NCBI GenBank assembly: GCA_000004695.1
Contig: CM000155.2
Coordinates: forward strand, 672,001 to 736,000
Length of the DNA: 64,000 nucleotides
Reading direction: 5' to 3'
DNA from: Dictyostelium discoideum
Taxonomy: Eukaryota
The position numbers and the translations under genes were made by a program. A model generated the notes under the pieces. That model ran no database searches and had not been told where the DNA came from. It saw only the letters and a program-made list of their open reading frames with translations. The first letter of the stretch is position 1. The number at the start of each line of letters is the position of its first letter. Positions 1 to 12,737 of this stretch are shown here, one piece after another.

Positions 1-401
1 TTGAAGAGGCTTCAAAATTATCAAATTCTCATTCATTCATCATTGATTTACCAAATGGTTATAACACAGAGTTGGGTGAGAAATACACTCAATTATCAGG
101 TGGTCAAAAACAACGTATAGCAATTGCTCGTGCAATCATTCGTAATCCAAAGATTTTATTATTGGATGAGTCAACCTCTGCATTGGATGCTGATTCAACA
201 AAATTAGTTCAAGAAGCACTAGAAAATGTTATGAAAGGTCGTACTACTATAGTCATCGCTCATAATTTACTAACAATTCAAAATGCAGATTGCATTGCCT
301 ATGTTCGTGCTGGTCAAATCATTGAAAGAGGTACTCATGATGAGTTATTAGAAGCTGAAGGTCCTTATTCTCAATTATGGTATAATCAACAACAAAAATA
401 A
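1..401 (+). CDS. ABC transporter (ABCB-type) C-terminal nucleotide-binding domain; 5' end cut by the window edge
   Basis: Frame is open from position 1. It carries the ABC signature [14 protein letters not shown], Walker [13 protein letters not shown] and H-loop IAHNL, and ends at TAA 399-401. Confidence 0.85.
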   Translation, partial: EEASKLSNSHSFIIDLPNGYNTELGEKYTQLSGGQKQRIAIARAIIRNPKILLLDESTSALDADSTKLVQEALENVMKGRTTIVIAHNLLTIQNADCIAYVRAGQIIERGTHDELLEAEGPYSQLWYNQQQK

Positions 402-552
402 TAATAAAAATAAAAAAAAAATAAAAAAAAAAATAAACCAAAATAAATAAATAAAAAATATAAAGTGTTTTTAAAATCTGTATTATTAATTCATTCACAT
501 AAATATATTTATTGGTGTATTTACAATTATTTTATTATTATTATTATTTGAT

Positions 553-1128
553 TTATTGATTTGCAATAGGATTTGCATGAATTGTAACAGATTTTAAAAT
601 GATTTCATTTAAAGGTAAATCTTTATCATCAACGGGTACTTTTTCCATTAAATCTAAAACTTCAATACCTGCTATTATCTTTCCAAATACTGTATAAACT
701 TTATTTAAACTTCTATGTTTTCCATATGTTATAAAAAATTGTGACCCATTTGTATCTGGTCCACTATTTGCCATTGATAAAATTCCACGTGTATTATGCT
801 ATAATTATTATTATTATAATAAAATTTTAATATTTAATTTATAAATATATATAAATGTTGAACTAAAAAAATAAATTATTATAATTACTTTTAAATGTGA
901 CGGAAATTCATCCTTAAATTGCTTTTTCCAAATACTTTCACCACCTCTACCTGTATTTGTTGGATCACCACCCTGTATCATAAATCCTTTAATGTTTCTA
1001 TGAAATATTGTGTTGTTATAATAGTTTGATGCACATAATGCTAAAAAATTTTCAGATGCTAAAGGAACTGAATCACAAAAAATTTCAACTTTAATATCTC
1101 CTAAACTTGTATGTAAAGTGACTGACAT
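553..1128 (-). CDS. Peptidyl-prolyl cis-trans isomerase, cyclophilin PPIL3-like (about 161 aa)
   Basis: Two exons on the minus strand: 1128..889 ([17 protein letters not shown]...KDEFPSHLK) and 798..553 ([27 protein letters not shown]...). The 90-bp intron 888..799 runs from GTAATT to a TAG acceptor. Length and collinearity match the PPIL3 sequence I recall. Confidence 0.85.
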
Positions 1129-1729
1129 TCTAAATATTTATTAATTTGTTTTTTTTTTTTTTTTTTTCTTTATTTCAACAAATGAAAAAACAATAGTGAA
1201 AAAAAAAAAATCAAAGAAAATTTAAAAATGAAATTTTTATTTTTTTTTTTATTTTTTTTTATTTTATTTTATTTTATTTCGCATAAAAGTAATAATTTAA
1301 AAGATTGTGATTGAAAATGACTGGGGGATAAGGGATTATTATAATTTGGTATTTAATTTATAAAAACAAAATATGTTGATCCTATGTTGTCTAATATTTT
1401 TTATTTTTTAGATCTATTTTTATTATTTTTTATTATTTTTTATTATTTTTTATTTTTTATTTTTTTTTTTAAATTTTATCACCATCTGTTTTTTTTTTAA
1501 CCCAAAAACTTTATTTTTAGAATTCAATTATTCGCCATTCATTTTTTGTAATTGAAGGGAATAAATTTTATTAAAAAAAATTGATTTTAATTTATTTATT
1601 TTTTTTTTTTTTTAAAAAAAGACAAATAGGTCAACAGAATATAAAATTTAAATTAAACAGTATTAATAAAAAAAAAAAAAAGTTGGAATAACAATTATAA
1701 TTTTATATTTATTTTATTTTTAATATTTT

Positions 1730-1769
<40 letters not shown>

Positions 1770-1795
1770 AAATTCGAATGATAAGAATATTTTAT

Positions 1796-3024
1796 TCAAT
1801 CAGCAGTTTTCTTTTCCTTGTCCGAAGTAGATAAATTCTTTAAAAGATCAAGCAATTCATCTGCACCATCACTACCATCTCCACCATTATCATCACTTTC
1901 ATCACTTTCATAATAGTTATCTGAATTGATTTCTGGTTTATATTTATCATCCCCAATATAAAATCTTCTATGTTTTCCAGAATCATAAAAAAACACATCG
2001 TCTTTATATGCTGATTTAATCTTTTCTTTATATACAAGAATTAGAGAATGATCATTATCATTCAGATCCATTTCACCATCAGTACAAACCATTCTTAATT
2101 TTTTTGCAATTATTTTGAAATCCTCCAAGATTTCATGTGATTTTTTGAAAACAAATTCCATTGGACTCTCACCATTCTCAATTTTCATTATTCCTGCCTT
2201 CTGTTGATGTTTATATCCCGTATATCTTTGATTGTTAAAAAAAATTCTTTTTTCCAAAGTGTATCCGGCAATAAATGGACTTTCGATAATATTATTCCTT
2301 GTTGGAATATGGTATGATACGTTGGATCATCTTTTTTAGTCTGAGAGATTATCAAATGTACCTTGTCACCCAATCTTTGAACTTTAGAACATGATAAACA
2401 GAAATCACTAATCAAATTAGGAAGACTTGGATCCATAAATGAACTTCTATCATGAGGCATTGACCAATATATTTTTGAATATCTTTCATTTGATTCATGT
2501 ATTTTTGTTGCATCTAATCCAAAAATAACAGTACATTCAGAAATTATTAAAAATTCAATATTTTTAATTGTCAACAAACAGTTATCACATTTTTTAACAT
2601 TATCTTCACAACATCCGTAGGTTGTAACTCCAGTTTTTATAAGTACATCCTTATGAACTTTAAATTTATTGTAAACTGTTTGGGAAATATATAAATCTGA
2701 AGCGGTTATTTTTAAAAATTTCCCATCATTTGTGTGATGATTTTGGTTATGTTTTTCCAATAAAGAAGTTGAAAATGAGAAATTTCCTTCGCCTACAAAT
2801 AAAATTTTATGATGTCTCTCTGCTTTACATTTCGAAAGTGGGGCTCTAGTTTGGAGGAAAAAAAAATAAAAAAAAAAAAAATAAAAATAATTTAAAATGA
2901 TAAATTCAAATTTAAAATAATTTGGAAATTAAATATTTTATTCTAATAATTACTTGGTTTCAGATTTAGACACTCTTTTAGAAATTTCAGATATTTTTTT
3001 TTTATTTGGTTGAGGTGTATACAT
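1796..3024 (-). pseudogene. DUF2431/Bmt5-like family, copy 1; frame broken once
   Basis: Exon 1 is 3024..2954 (MYTPQPNKKKISEISKRVSKSETK, then donor GTAATT). The intron 2953..2846 ends in TAG. Exon 2 starts at 2845 (APLSKCKAERHHKILFVGEGNFSFSTSLL...). Relative to the intact copy at 6305..7554, the frame breaks near 2290-2330, which splits the gene into track ORFs 2188..2760 and 1796..2257. This is either a pseudogene or a single-base assembly error. Confidence 0.5.
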
Positions 3025-3420
3025 TTTCAAATATATATATTTTATTTGATAGGTTGTTTTTTTAAAAAAAAAAAAAAAATTTTAGTTCATTGTTTTTTTT
3101 ATCTTATTTTTTTAAATTTTTTTTTTTTAATTTTTTTTTTTTAATTTTTTTAATTTATTTTATTATTTAAAATTGATTTATCAGGTCAATTTCATATAAA
3201 TTTCATAAAATTCTCAATAAAATTGGTTTGATTTTAAAATTAAAAAAAAAAAATTAAAAAAAAAAAAATTTTTTTAAAAATTTGATAAAAAAAACTTTAA
3301 TCAATAATTTTTATTTTTTTATTTTTTTTTATTTAAAATTGATTTGGGTGGTCTTTCGTATAAAAATAAACTTTAAAAAAAGAATGATCCAAATGTTTTT
3401 GAAATGATTAATTTAAAATA

Positions 3421-3535
3421 ATTTTGAAATTAAATATTACTTGGTATCAGATTTAGACTCTCTTTTAAAAATTTCAATTTTTTTTTTAATTTGGTTGGGG
3501 TATATCTTAAAATATTTTATTTGATAGGTTGTTTG

Positions 3536-3540
<5 letters not shown>
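3421..3540 (-). pseudogene. Degenerate relic of the family's exon 1 plus its 5' flank
   Basis: This stretch is about 85% identical to 2941..3060 and 7481..7590, but the ATG is lost (gaggtgtatacattttc has become ggggtatatcttaaaat). Confidence 0.35.
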
Positions 3541-3584
<44 letters not shown>

Positions 3585-3949
3585 TTTTCAAAGTTTTTTT
3601 TTATATTATTTTTTAAATTTTTTTTTTTTTTTTATAATTAAAAATTGGTTTGTGTGCCAATTTCATATAATTCTCATAAAATTCTTAATAAAACTAATTT
3701 TTTTAAAACTCTCAATAAAATGGGTTTGTTTAAAATTAAAAAAAAAAAAAATTTTAAAAATAAGATAAAAAAAACTTATATTCATTTAAAATTGATTTGT
3801 TCTGTTAATTATAAAAATCTCATATGAAATTCTAAATAATAAAATAAATATATAAAAAAAAAAGAGTGATCCAGAATTCTACATTAGGAGCATTTGATGA
3901 TACAACTTTCTTTACCAAGGAAGGTTCGCCTGAGCCACTTTAGAAATTT

Positions 3950-4150
3950 GAGATCTGAAAAATTGAGACCACTTTGGGAATTTGAGATTTAAAAAATTGA
4001 GACCACTTTAGAAATTTGAGAATTAAAAAATTTGAGATTTGAGTATCTAAAAGAAATCAAATTTGAAATTAAATTTACTCTTAATCATATTAAAAAAAAT
4101 TATTAACCAATGATTTTAATAAAATACCAAATGAATTCTCCAAACCAAAA
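3950..4150. repeat. Duplicated fragments of the 3' end of the large gene at 9611..12151
   Basis: Two gagaccac-containing copies (plus partial repeats) of a unit resembling tttgagatttgtggcagtgtctaaagaaatcaaatttgaa at 9731-9770, and cttaatcatattaaaaaaaattattaaccaatgattttaataaaataccaaatgaattct, are near-copies of 9721-9860. Confidence 0.6.
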
Positions 4151-4236
4151 GGGAAAAAAAAAAAAAAAAGTTGGAAATACAATTATAATTTCATTTTAAT
4201 TTTTTTTTTTATTTTTAAATTGAAACTTTTGGTTAT

Positions 4237-4340
4237 GTTTTTTCAAAAATGATGTTGAAAATGAGAAATTTCCTTCACCTACAAATAATATTTTATGATG
4301 TCTCCCTGCTTTAAATTTTCGTAGTGGAGCTCTAATTTAG

Positions 4341-4394
<54 letters not shown>

Positions 4395-4560
4395 TAAAAT
4401 GATAAATTTAAAATAATTTGGAAATTAAATATTTAATTAAATAATTACTTGGTATCAGATTTAGATACTCTTTTTAGAAATTTTAAATATTTTTTTTTTT
4501 ATTTGGTTGAGGTGTATACATTTAAAATATAAATTTTATTTGATAGGTTGGTCAAAAAAA
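4237..4560 (-). pseudogene. Orphan 5' fragment of the DUF2431-like family (exon 1, intron, first ~80 nt of exon 2)
   Basis: Exon 1 with ATG (gaggtgtatacatttaaaat), the intron, and the exon-2 start (gaaaatgagaaatttccttcacctacaaataatattttatgatgtctccctgc) are present. The gene body is missing downstream of about 4237. Confidence 0.5.
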
Positions 4561-4799
4561 AAAAAAAAAAAAAAAAATTTTTTTTTTTATTTTTTAATCT
4601 TATTTATAGTGATGCCAAAAAGTTTTATTTTGGCTTAAGTTTTTAAAATTGATTTTTATAAATCTCATAAAATTCTCAATAAAATGGTGATTTAAATTTT
4701 TTTTAAATTAAATTTTTTTTTTTATTTTTTTTTTTTAATTTAAATTTTTTTTTTTTTTTTAATATTAATTTTTTTATTTTATTTTTTTTTTTTATTATA

Positions 4800-4970
4800 A
4801 AGCTCTAAAAATGAAGTTGGTATTTTAATTGATTTAAAAAATTTGAGATTTGAGGCAGTGTATAAAAGAAATCAAGTTTGAAATTAAATTAAAAAATTTA
4901 CTCTTAATCATATTGAAAAAAATTATTAACCAATGATTTTAATAAAATACCCAATGAATTCTCCTATCAG
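4800..4970. repeat. Second duplicated fragment of the 3' end of the gene at 9611..12151
   Basis: agctctaaaaatgaagttggtattttaattgatttaaaaaatttgagatttgaggcagtgtataaaagaaatcaagtttgaa ... ctcttaatcatattgaaaaaaattattaaccaatgattttaataaaataccc is collinear with 9680-9860. Confidence 0.6.
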
Positions 4971-5004
<34 letters not shown>

Positions 5005-5352
5005 GAAAATACAATTCCAATTTCATTTTAATTTTTTTTTTTTTTTTATTATTAAATTGAAATGATAAGAATATTTTATTCATACATTAGTTTTCAATTG
5101 TTTTATTTTAAAATTGGTAAATTCTTAAAAAAAAAAAAAAAATAAATTAAAAAATAAAAATAAATTAAAAAATAAATTAAAAATAAAATTTTTTTTTTTT
5201 TTAATTTAAAAAAATAAGATAAAAAAAACTTTGATCAATTTTTTTTTTTTTTTATATTCATTCATTTAAAATTGATTTGTGTGGTAATTCATATAAATCT
5301 CATATAAAATAATTAATATTATATAAATTTAATATATTAAAAAAAAAAAAAA

Positions 5353-5943
5353 ATGAATGATTCAGATGTTTTTAAAATTTTACTAATTGGTGATTCAGCA
5401 GTTGGAAAAACATCGTTATTATTAAGATTTACAGATCCCAATAATTTTCAAGAGACTTCAGTAAATATGACTAGTGTTGATTATAAAAATAAAAATATAA
5501 CTATTGATGGAAGAACATTTAATTTACAAATTTGGGATACAGCAGGACAAGAGAGATTCAGAACAATTACATCATCTTTTTATAGAGGAGCACATGGTGT
5601 TTTAGTATGTTATGATGTCACTGATCAACTTACATATAATAACGTTGGGTTATGGATGCAAGAAATTCAAAGATATGGAGTACTTGGAGTTAGTAGAGTT
5701 TTAGTTGGAAACAAATGTGATCTCGAAGATAGAAAATTGGTTAACGCTTCAATTGCCCAAGAATACGCTGATATTCTCGGTATTCCATTCATTGAAACTT
5801 CTGCTACAACTGGTGTTAATGTAGAAGAGGCTTTCATGGCAATGGCAGATGAAATTTATAGAAATCATATAGGTGGCTCAAAACCTTCTGTTGTAAAACC
5901 AGTATGTGGAAGTCCTCCCCGCACGAAAAAAAATATTTGCTAA
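5353..5943 (+). CDS. Rab-family small GTPase (Rab1/Rab8-like, divergent)
   Basis: It has G1 [10 protein letters not shown]3 [10 protein letters not shown]4 GNKCDL and G5 ETSA. It is a single exon and ends ...TKKNIC, with no CC or CXC prenylation pair. It sits inside the tandem array of the DUF2431-like family. Confidence 0.8.
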
Positions 5944-6056
5944 TTTTAAAGAAGAGTGGATAGAAGAAGGAGGGTTTTTGCCAATTATTTTAAAGTTTCA
6001 TATAATTGCAACATCAAAAAATAAATAAAAAAATATAAAATGTAAAATTTAAATGG

Positions 6057-6097
<41 letters not shown>

Positions 6098-6304
6098 AAA
6101 CTTTTTTTAGTTTTTTTAATCAATTCCTTATTTCTATTTAGTTTATTAATAGTTCTTTTTTTTTATTTTCATAATTATCTTATTTTTTTATTTTTTTTTA
6201 TTTAAAATATAGAACATATTTATATTTCAATAAATATGTTATATATGTTTCTTATTTTTATTAAATTGAAAAGATAAGAATATTTGATCCAAACAAAATT
6301 TTTC

Positions 6305-7554
6305 TTATAATTGTCTATTTTTGTCTGAAGTGGATAAATTCTTAAAATTATTGAAAAATGATTCATCTTCACTATCATCATGATTATCACCATGATCATC
6401 ATGATCATCATAATAGTCATCTGAGCCAAACTCTGGTTCATAATCATCATCTCCAATATAATAACGTCTATAGCCTTCTTTTTCATAATACCTTAATTTC
6501 TTATATGATGATTGAATCTTGGTTTCATATTTATTACTTATAACTTTATCATTTCCTTGAAGATCTATTTCCCCAACAGTTCTTAATTTTAAAGCAACAT
6601 TTTTGTATTTTTCTAAAACTTTTCCAGATTTTTTGAAAACAAATTCCATTCGATGTTTTCCATTCTCAACTTGGTCTGTTCCTTCTGTCTGTTGATGTTT
6701 ATATCCCTTATATCTTTGATCGTCAAAATAATATCTTTTTTCCAAAGTGTATCCAGCAATAAATGGGCTTTCGATAATATTATATACACAGCCTTGTTGG
6801 AATTCGGTATGATAGGTTTTTTTTCGATGTATCAAATTTTGAGAGATTATCAAATGTACCTTGTCACCCAATTTTTGTACTTGAGAACATGATAAACAGA
6901 AATCACTTATCAAATTAGGGAGACTTGGTGTTGAATATTTAGTTCTATCATGAGGCATTGACCAATATATTTTTGAATATTTTTCGGTTGATTCATGTAT
7001 TTTTTTTGCATCTAATCCAAAAATTACTTGGCAATCGAATTTTATTAAATAATTAATATTTTCAATTGTTAACAAACAGTTTTCACATTTTTTATCAGCT
7101 TTTGGTCCACAAAAATCTTCAGGACATTGGTATTTTTCAACTCCAGTTTCTTTAAGTACATATCCACAATCTTCGAATACTTTAAAAACAGTTTCACATA
7201 CAAATAAATCTGAAGCGGTTATTTTTAAAAGATTATTATCATTTGTGTGAAATTTTTGGTTATGTTTTTTCAATAAAGATGTTGAAAATGAGAAATTTCC
7301 TTCACCTACAAATAAAATTTTATGATGTCTCTCTTCTTTACATTTTGATAGTGGAGCTCTAATTTAGAAATAAAAAAAAAAAAAAAATAAAAAAAAAAAT
7401 AAAAAAAAAAAAAAAAAAAAAATAAATTTTTAATAATTAATTTTTAATAATTTGGAAATTAAATGTTTTAATTAAATAATTACTTTGTATCAGATTTAGA
7501 CACTCTATTAGAAATTTCAGATATTTTTTTTTTATTTGGTTGAGGTGTTAACAT
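6305..7554 (-). CDS. DUF2431/Bmt5-like (Rossmann methyltransferase-like) family protein; intact copy, about 374 aa
   Basis: Exon 1 is 7554..7484 (MLTPQPNKKKISEISNRVSKSDTK, then donor GTAATT). The intron 7483..7359 ends in TAG. Exon 2 is 7358..6305 (APLSKCKEERHHKILFVGEGNFSFSTSLLKKHNQKF... through the acidic DDHDDHGDNHDD tail). The intron phase is consistent across the junction. Confidence 0.7.
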
Positions 7555-8075
7555 TTTCAAATATATAAATATTTTATATGATAGGTTGATGAAAAAAAAA
7601 AATTTTTTTTAAAATAAGATAAAAAAACTTAAGGGTTCTAAAATAAAAAAAAAAAGCCAATAATTTTTTTTTTTTAATTTAATTTTATTCCAAATTGATT
7701 TGTCTGGCTAATTTCATCTAAATCTCATTTTGTTTTTATTAAAATTTCATTAAATTTTAAATAAAAAAAAAAAAATTAAAAAAAATAAGATCTAACCTTC
7801 GCGTTTTTTTTGAGGTTGCTTTTTTAAAATTTTGAATTTTTTTTTTTTTTTTTTCTTTTAAAATTTATCATATCATTACCATTTAAAACTTCAAATAATG
7901 ATTTGCACTTTGGGACCCACTATAATTTGTTCAAATAATTGTTTTGTTTCGAAAAAAAAAAAAATAAAAAAAAAAAAGGTTGGAAATACAATTATAATTT
8001 TATTTTATTTTAATTTTAATTTTTTTTAATTTTTTTTGCTTTTTTTATTAAATTGAAATGATATGAATCTTTGAT

Positions 8076-9051
8076 TCAGAGAGCAGTTTTCTTATAATTG
8101 TCTACTATTGTCTGAAGTGGATAAACTCTTAAAACTATTGAGAGATGATTCATATTCACTATATCAGAGTTGAATTGTGGTTGATAATCATCATCTCCAA
8201 TATAATAACGTCTAATGCCCTCTATATCAAAATACAATAAGTTATATGATGACTGAATCATGATTTTATATTCATTAATTCTATCTTCGTCATCTCCTAG
8301 AAGATCTATTATAAAAAATCTTCTAAATTTTGATGCAACATTTTTGTAATTTTCTAAAATTATACCAGATTTTTTGAAAACAAATTCCATTAGACCTACA
8401 CTATCAACTGTCATTGTTCCTTGTGTATTTTGATGTTTATATCCCTCATATCTATTATTCTTAAAATGAATTCTTTTTTCCAAAGTGTACCCAGCCTTCA
8501 ATAATATTGTAAACAATGCCTTGTTGGGATTGGGTATGAATGGCTGAATAATCATCTTTATAAACTTGAGCGATTATAAAATGTACCTTGTCACCCAATT
8601 TTTGTGCTTCAGAACATGATAAACAGAGATCACCAATCAAATGAGGAAGAGTTCCTTTTTTAAATGAACTATTAGGCATTGACCAATATTTTTGAATATT
8701 TTTCATTTGATTCATGTATTTTTCTTGCATCTAATCCAAAAATAACTTTGCATTGAGAATTTATTAAAAATTTAATATTTTCAATTGTCAACAAACAGTT
8801 TTCACTTTTATTATCATCTTTTGTTCCACAATATTCCTTAATACATTTGAAGATTTTAACTCCAGTTTCTTTAAGTACATCTCCACAATCTTTGAATTCA
8901 TTAAAAACAGTTTCACACACATAAATCTGAAGCGGTTATTTTTAAAAATTGATTATCATTTGTATAAAGATGTTGAAAATGAGAAATTTCCTTCACCAAC
9001 AAATAATATTTTATGATGTCTCTGCTTTACATTTTGGAATTTGATTTTTAA

Positions 9052-9087
<36 letters not shown>

Positions 9088-9200
9088 ATTTAAAATGGTT
9101 AATCTAAAATAATTTGGAAATTAAATATATTAATTAAATAACTACTTTGTATCAGATTTATAGACTGTTTTAGAAATTTCTGTTATAATTTCTATATCTG
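8076..9200 (-). pseudogene. DUF2431/Bmt5-like family, copy 3; multiply disrupted
   Basis: The body is split into three frames (track ORFs 8672..8920, 8461..8730, 8076..8555). The exon-1 donor has decayed to GTAGTT (9121-9200) and the exon-2 acceptor region is deleted. Confidence 0.6.
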
Positions 9201-9610
9201 GTTGAGGTGTATTCATTTTCAAATATATATTTTATTTGATTGGAATTTATTAAATTATAAAGTAAAAAATTTAAAAAAAAAAACTTTTAACAATAGTTAT
9301 TTTTTTTTTTTTTTAAAATTTAATTTTTTTAAAATAAATTTATTTTAATAATTCTCAGATTTGTGAGAAAAAAAAATAAAATAAAAAAATAAAAATAAAT
9401 TCTAAAAATAATTATCAAATGTTTTATTTTTATTTTTTTATTTTTATTTTTTTTTTCTCATAATCTGAGAAAAAAGATTTTTTCCCCACCCGATTTATCA
9501 ATTAAATCAAAATATTTTAATAATTGATTAATGGGGGAAAAAAAAAATAAAAAAAAAAAAAAAATTTTATTTATTTAATTTTTTTAAACTTTTTTTATTT
9601 TTTTTTTTTT

Positions 9611-12151
9611 TTAGAATCTGTTTTTAACACCACTTAAAAAATAATCATAAATTATAGAATCATTATTATCCTTAAAATATTGATTACAAAGCTCTACAAA
9701 TAAAGTTGGTCTTTTAATTGATTCAAAAAATTTGAGATTTGTGGCAGTGTCTAAAGAAATCAAATTTGAATATGATACTGAAATTAACTCTTCAGCATAT
9801 TTAAATAATAAATTATTAACCAATGATTTTAATAAATCACCAAATGAATTCTTGAAACTACCACATGAACAATTCCTTCCAAAAATAAATTCAAATGAGA
9901 ATATATTTGGTAATAAATAATTTCTAATTTGATAAGAAATTGAATTATTATTATTATTATTATTAAGAGTGACAGGAGGTGTTTGAATATTTGAATATTG
10001 TTTATTACAATCATAAAATCTACTATAAGGGATAGTAGTTTCGTGTGGAAATGATAGTATATATTTTGTAAACTTTGGAGATCTAATATGAAGAAAATAA
10101 AATGTTTCATATAATCCAGGTTCACTGAACCAACTTGGGTAACCAGTATTTCCATTATTAATATATTGGTGTACTGATTCCATCATTTCAATTGTAAAAC
10201 CTTTATGTTGAATTAATTTTCTATAAAGATGTTGAATCATTATGTTAATACCATTACTAAAAGGCACATATTCTTTAAATCTATCATAAAATGATTTTAT
10301 TAGAGTGATCATTGCAGTAATATCGGTAGCAACTTTACCATCACCATTACCATTATTACTATCATCATCACCATAATGATATATTATACGATTAGCTCCA
10401 TATCCATGTTTGAAAATGATTGCTTTAGTATTAATTGAAGGATTATAAGATTCAACTAAATCATCGAATATATTTGAATCAAATTTAACCTTTTTACAAC
10501 AATTATTTAATAAAAATTGTAATTGAATTAAATCCAATTTAAAAATTGAATTTACAATAATTTCTTGAATCTCTTTAATTTTGAAATTCTCTTCAATTTT
10601 AAATTCTAAAAATGCTGCTTCTGTTGCTGATGATGATGATGATTGTGATGATTTATAATATCGAACTAATTGATTATAAAATCTTTTTAAATTTTCATTT
10701 GTAAAACTTTTAAATTTTGATTGATTTAAATAATTTAATAATTTAATAATTTGTTTAATTGGAGTATTTGGTAAAATGAAATCATCATCATCATTATCAT
10801 TATCATTATCATTAGATTGAAAGTCTAAAACTTTAATATTTAATGAATCTATAATTTTCAAATTATTTAAATCACATTGTTGGATTGATTTCTTGAATAG
10901 GTATCTAAATATATACTCTTTTGATTGTTGCTCTACTTGTATTGAATTCTCTTTGCCTTTTAAATAAAATGATTGAATTGATTTAAAAGAATTTAATTGA
11001 CCTGTTACTTCTTTACTATCATTATTATTATTATTATTATTATTACTATTATTATTATTAAAATTATATGCATATTGAATTATTTGAAAATCAGTAAAAA
11101 CAATAGAATGATCATTTAATAATACTGATAAAATAACTTTATTTTCAAATGAAATTAACCAATTTATAATTAATTTATCAGATATTATTAATGAATAAGA
11201 TTGTTGTTTTTCTAAATTTTGATTATTATTATTATTTTTAATATATTTTAAAATTGGAAACATATGAAATTTCTTTAAATTCATTTTCTTTTTATATTCA
11301 TTATAAAAATTAATTATAAATGGTATTGAAATTGATGGTTTACTTAATTTAATATATCTTAAAAATGAAATTAAATAAGATTCATCAGAACCATCATTTT
11401 TATCTTTAAATTCATCTTTATTATCTTTGAATGCATTTAAATAATGATCACCATAATAAAATTCATCAAGTTCATCTTTACATTGATGAAATTCATCAAT
11501 TGATTCATTATATTTTAAAATGTAATCTTTATATAATTCTATTTGTTTTGTTTCAATAATTATAAATTTTTGTAATTTTTTTAATTTATATTTTTCAATA
11601 TCACAACTACTACCACTACTACCACTTTTACTACCACTACTACTACCACTACTACCACTACTATTGCTACTGATTTTTTTAATTTTATTATTAATTTTAT
11701 CTAATTTTGAATCAAGTGGTTTAATTGGTTTATTTAAAACATGGATTAAATTTGTTCTATGTGTAAATAATAATTCATCAAATGATTGATTAATTGTTAA
11801 ATTAAATGGTTTAGTGACGAAAAGACGATTTGTAAAGATTGATAAATCATAGATTTTATTTAATAAATTATAATTTTCAAAATCATATATTTTTCCAAAT
11901 GAAAAACTATTTTTTTCATCATTACATTTTGAATCGTATAAACCACTATTAAATAAGAAAAATTCTAATAATTGTTCTCTACTTTCTTCTCTATTCTTTA
12001 AAATTAATGATATTAATGTTTTATTTCCAATAAATGGTTCAACTTTTTCAATTTTACCATATTGTTGAATTTGAATTTTTATAAATTCTTTTATAAATTC
12101 GATACTTGAATATTTTAAAACATATTGTAAATTTGATGGTAAAACTTTCAT
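9611..12151 (-). CDS. Large low-complexity hypothetical protein (846-aa ORF; N-terminus probably extends upstream)
   Basis: One continuous ORF with Asn, Ser/Gly and Asp runs. The frame stays open upstream of the first Met, through NNNIEKKLFTDFDLIKLSIKSNRIKIFKLLISEPYS, into the (AAT)n tract. Confidence 0.55.
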   Translation of the reverse strand: MKVLPSNLQYVLKYSSIEFIKEFIKIQIQQYGKIEKVEPFIGNKTLISLILKNREESREQLLEFFLFNSGLYDSKCNDEKNSFSFGKIYDFENYNLLNKIYDLSIFTNRLFVTKPFNLTINQSFDELLFTHRTNLIHVLNKPIKPLDSKLDKINNKIKKISSNSSGSSGSSSGSKSGSSGSSCDIEKYKLKKLQKFIIIETKQIELYKDYILKYNESIDEFHQCKDELDEFYYGDHYLNAFKDNKDEFKDKNDGSDESYLISFLRYIKLSKPSISIPFIINFYNEYKKKMNLKKFHMFPILKYIKNNNNNQNLEKQQSYSLIISDKLIINWLISFENKVILSVLLNDHSIVFTDFQIIQYAYNFNNNNSNNNNNNNNDSKEVTGQLNSFKSIQSFYLKGKENSIQVEQQSKEYIFRYLFKKSIQQCDLNNLKIIDSLNIKVLDFQSNDNDNDNDDDDFILPNTPIKQIIKLLNYLNQSKFKSFTNENLKRFYNQLVRYYKSSQSSSSSATEAAFLEFKIEENFKIKEIQEIIVNSIFKLDLIQLQFLLNNCCKKVKFDSNIFDDLVESYNPSINTKAIIFKHGYGANRIIYHYGDDDSNNGNGDGKVATDITAMITLIKSFYDRFKEYVPFSNGINIMIQHLYRKLIQHKGFTIEMMESVHQYINNGNTGYPSWFSEPGLYETFYFLHIRSPKFTKYILSFPHETTIPYSRFYDCNKQYSNIQTPPVTLNNNNNNNSISYQIRNYLLPNIFSFEFIFGRNCSCGSFKNSFGDLLKSLVNNLLFKYAEELISVSYSNLISLDTATNLKFFESIKRPTLFVELCNQYFKDNNDSIIYDYFLSGVKNRF

Positions 12152-12240
12152 TGAATAAGGCTCACTTATTAATAATTTAAAAATTTTAATTCTATTTGAT
12201 TTAATTGATAATTTAATTAAATCAAAATCAGTAAATAATT

Positions 12241-12737
<497 letters not shown>

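Noticed and set aside
3529-3827. Track ORFs 3529..3768 and 3645..3827 (poly-Lys/Phe peptides)
   Set aside because: They lie entirely within A/T homopolymer runs and repeat-unit flank. They have no complexity and no start context, so they are artefacts of AT-rich sequence.
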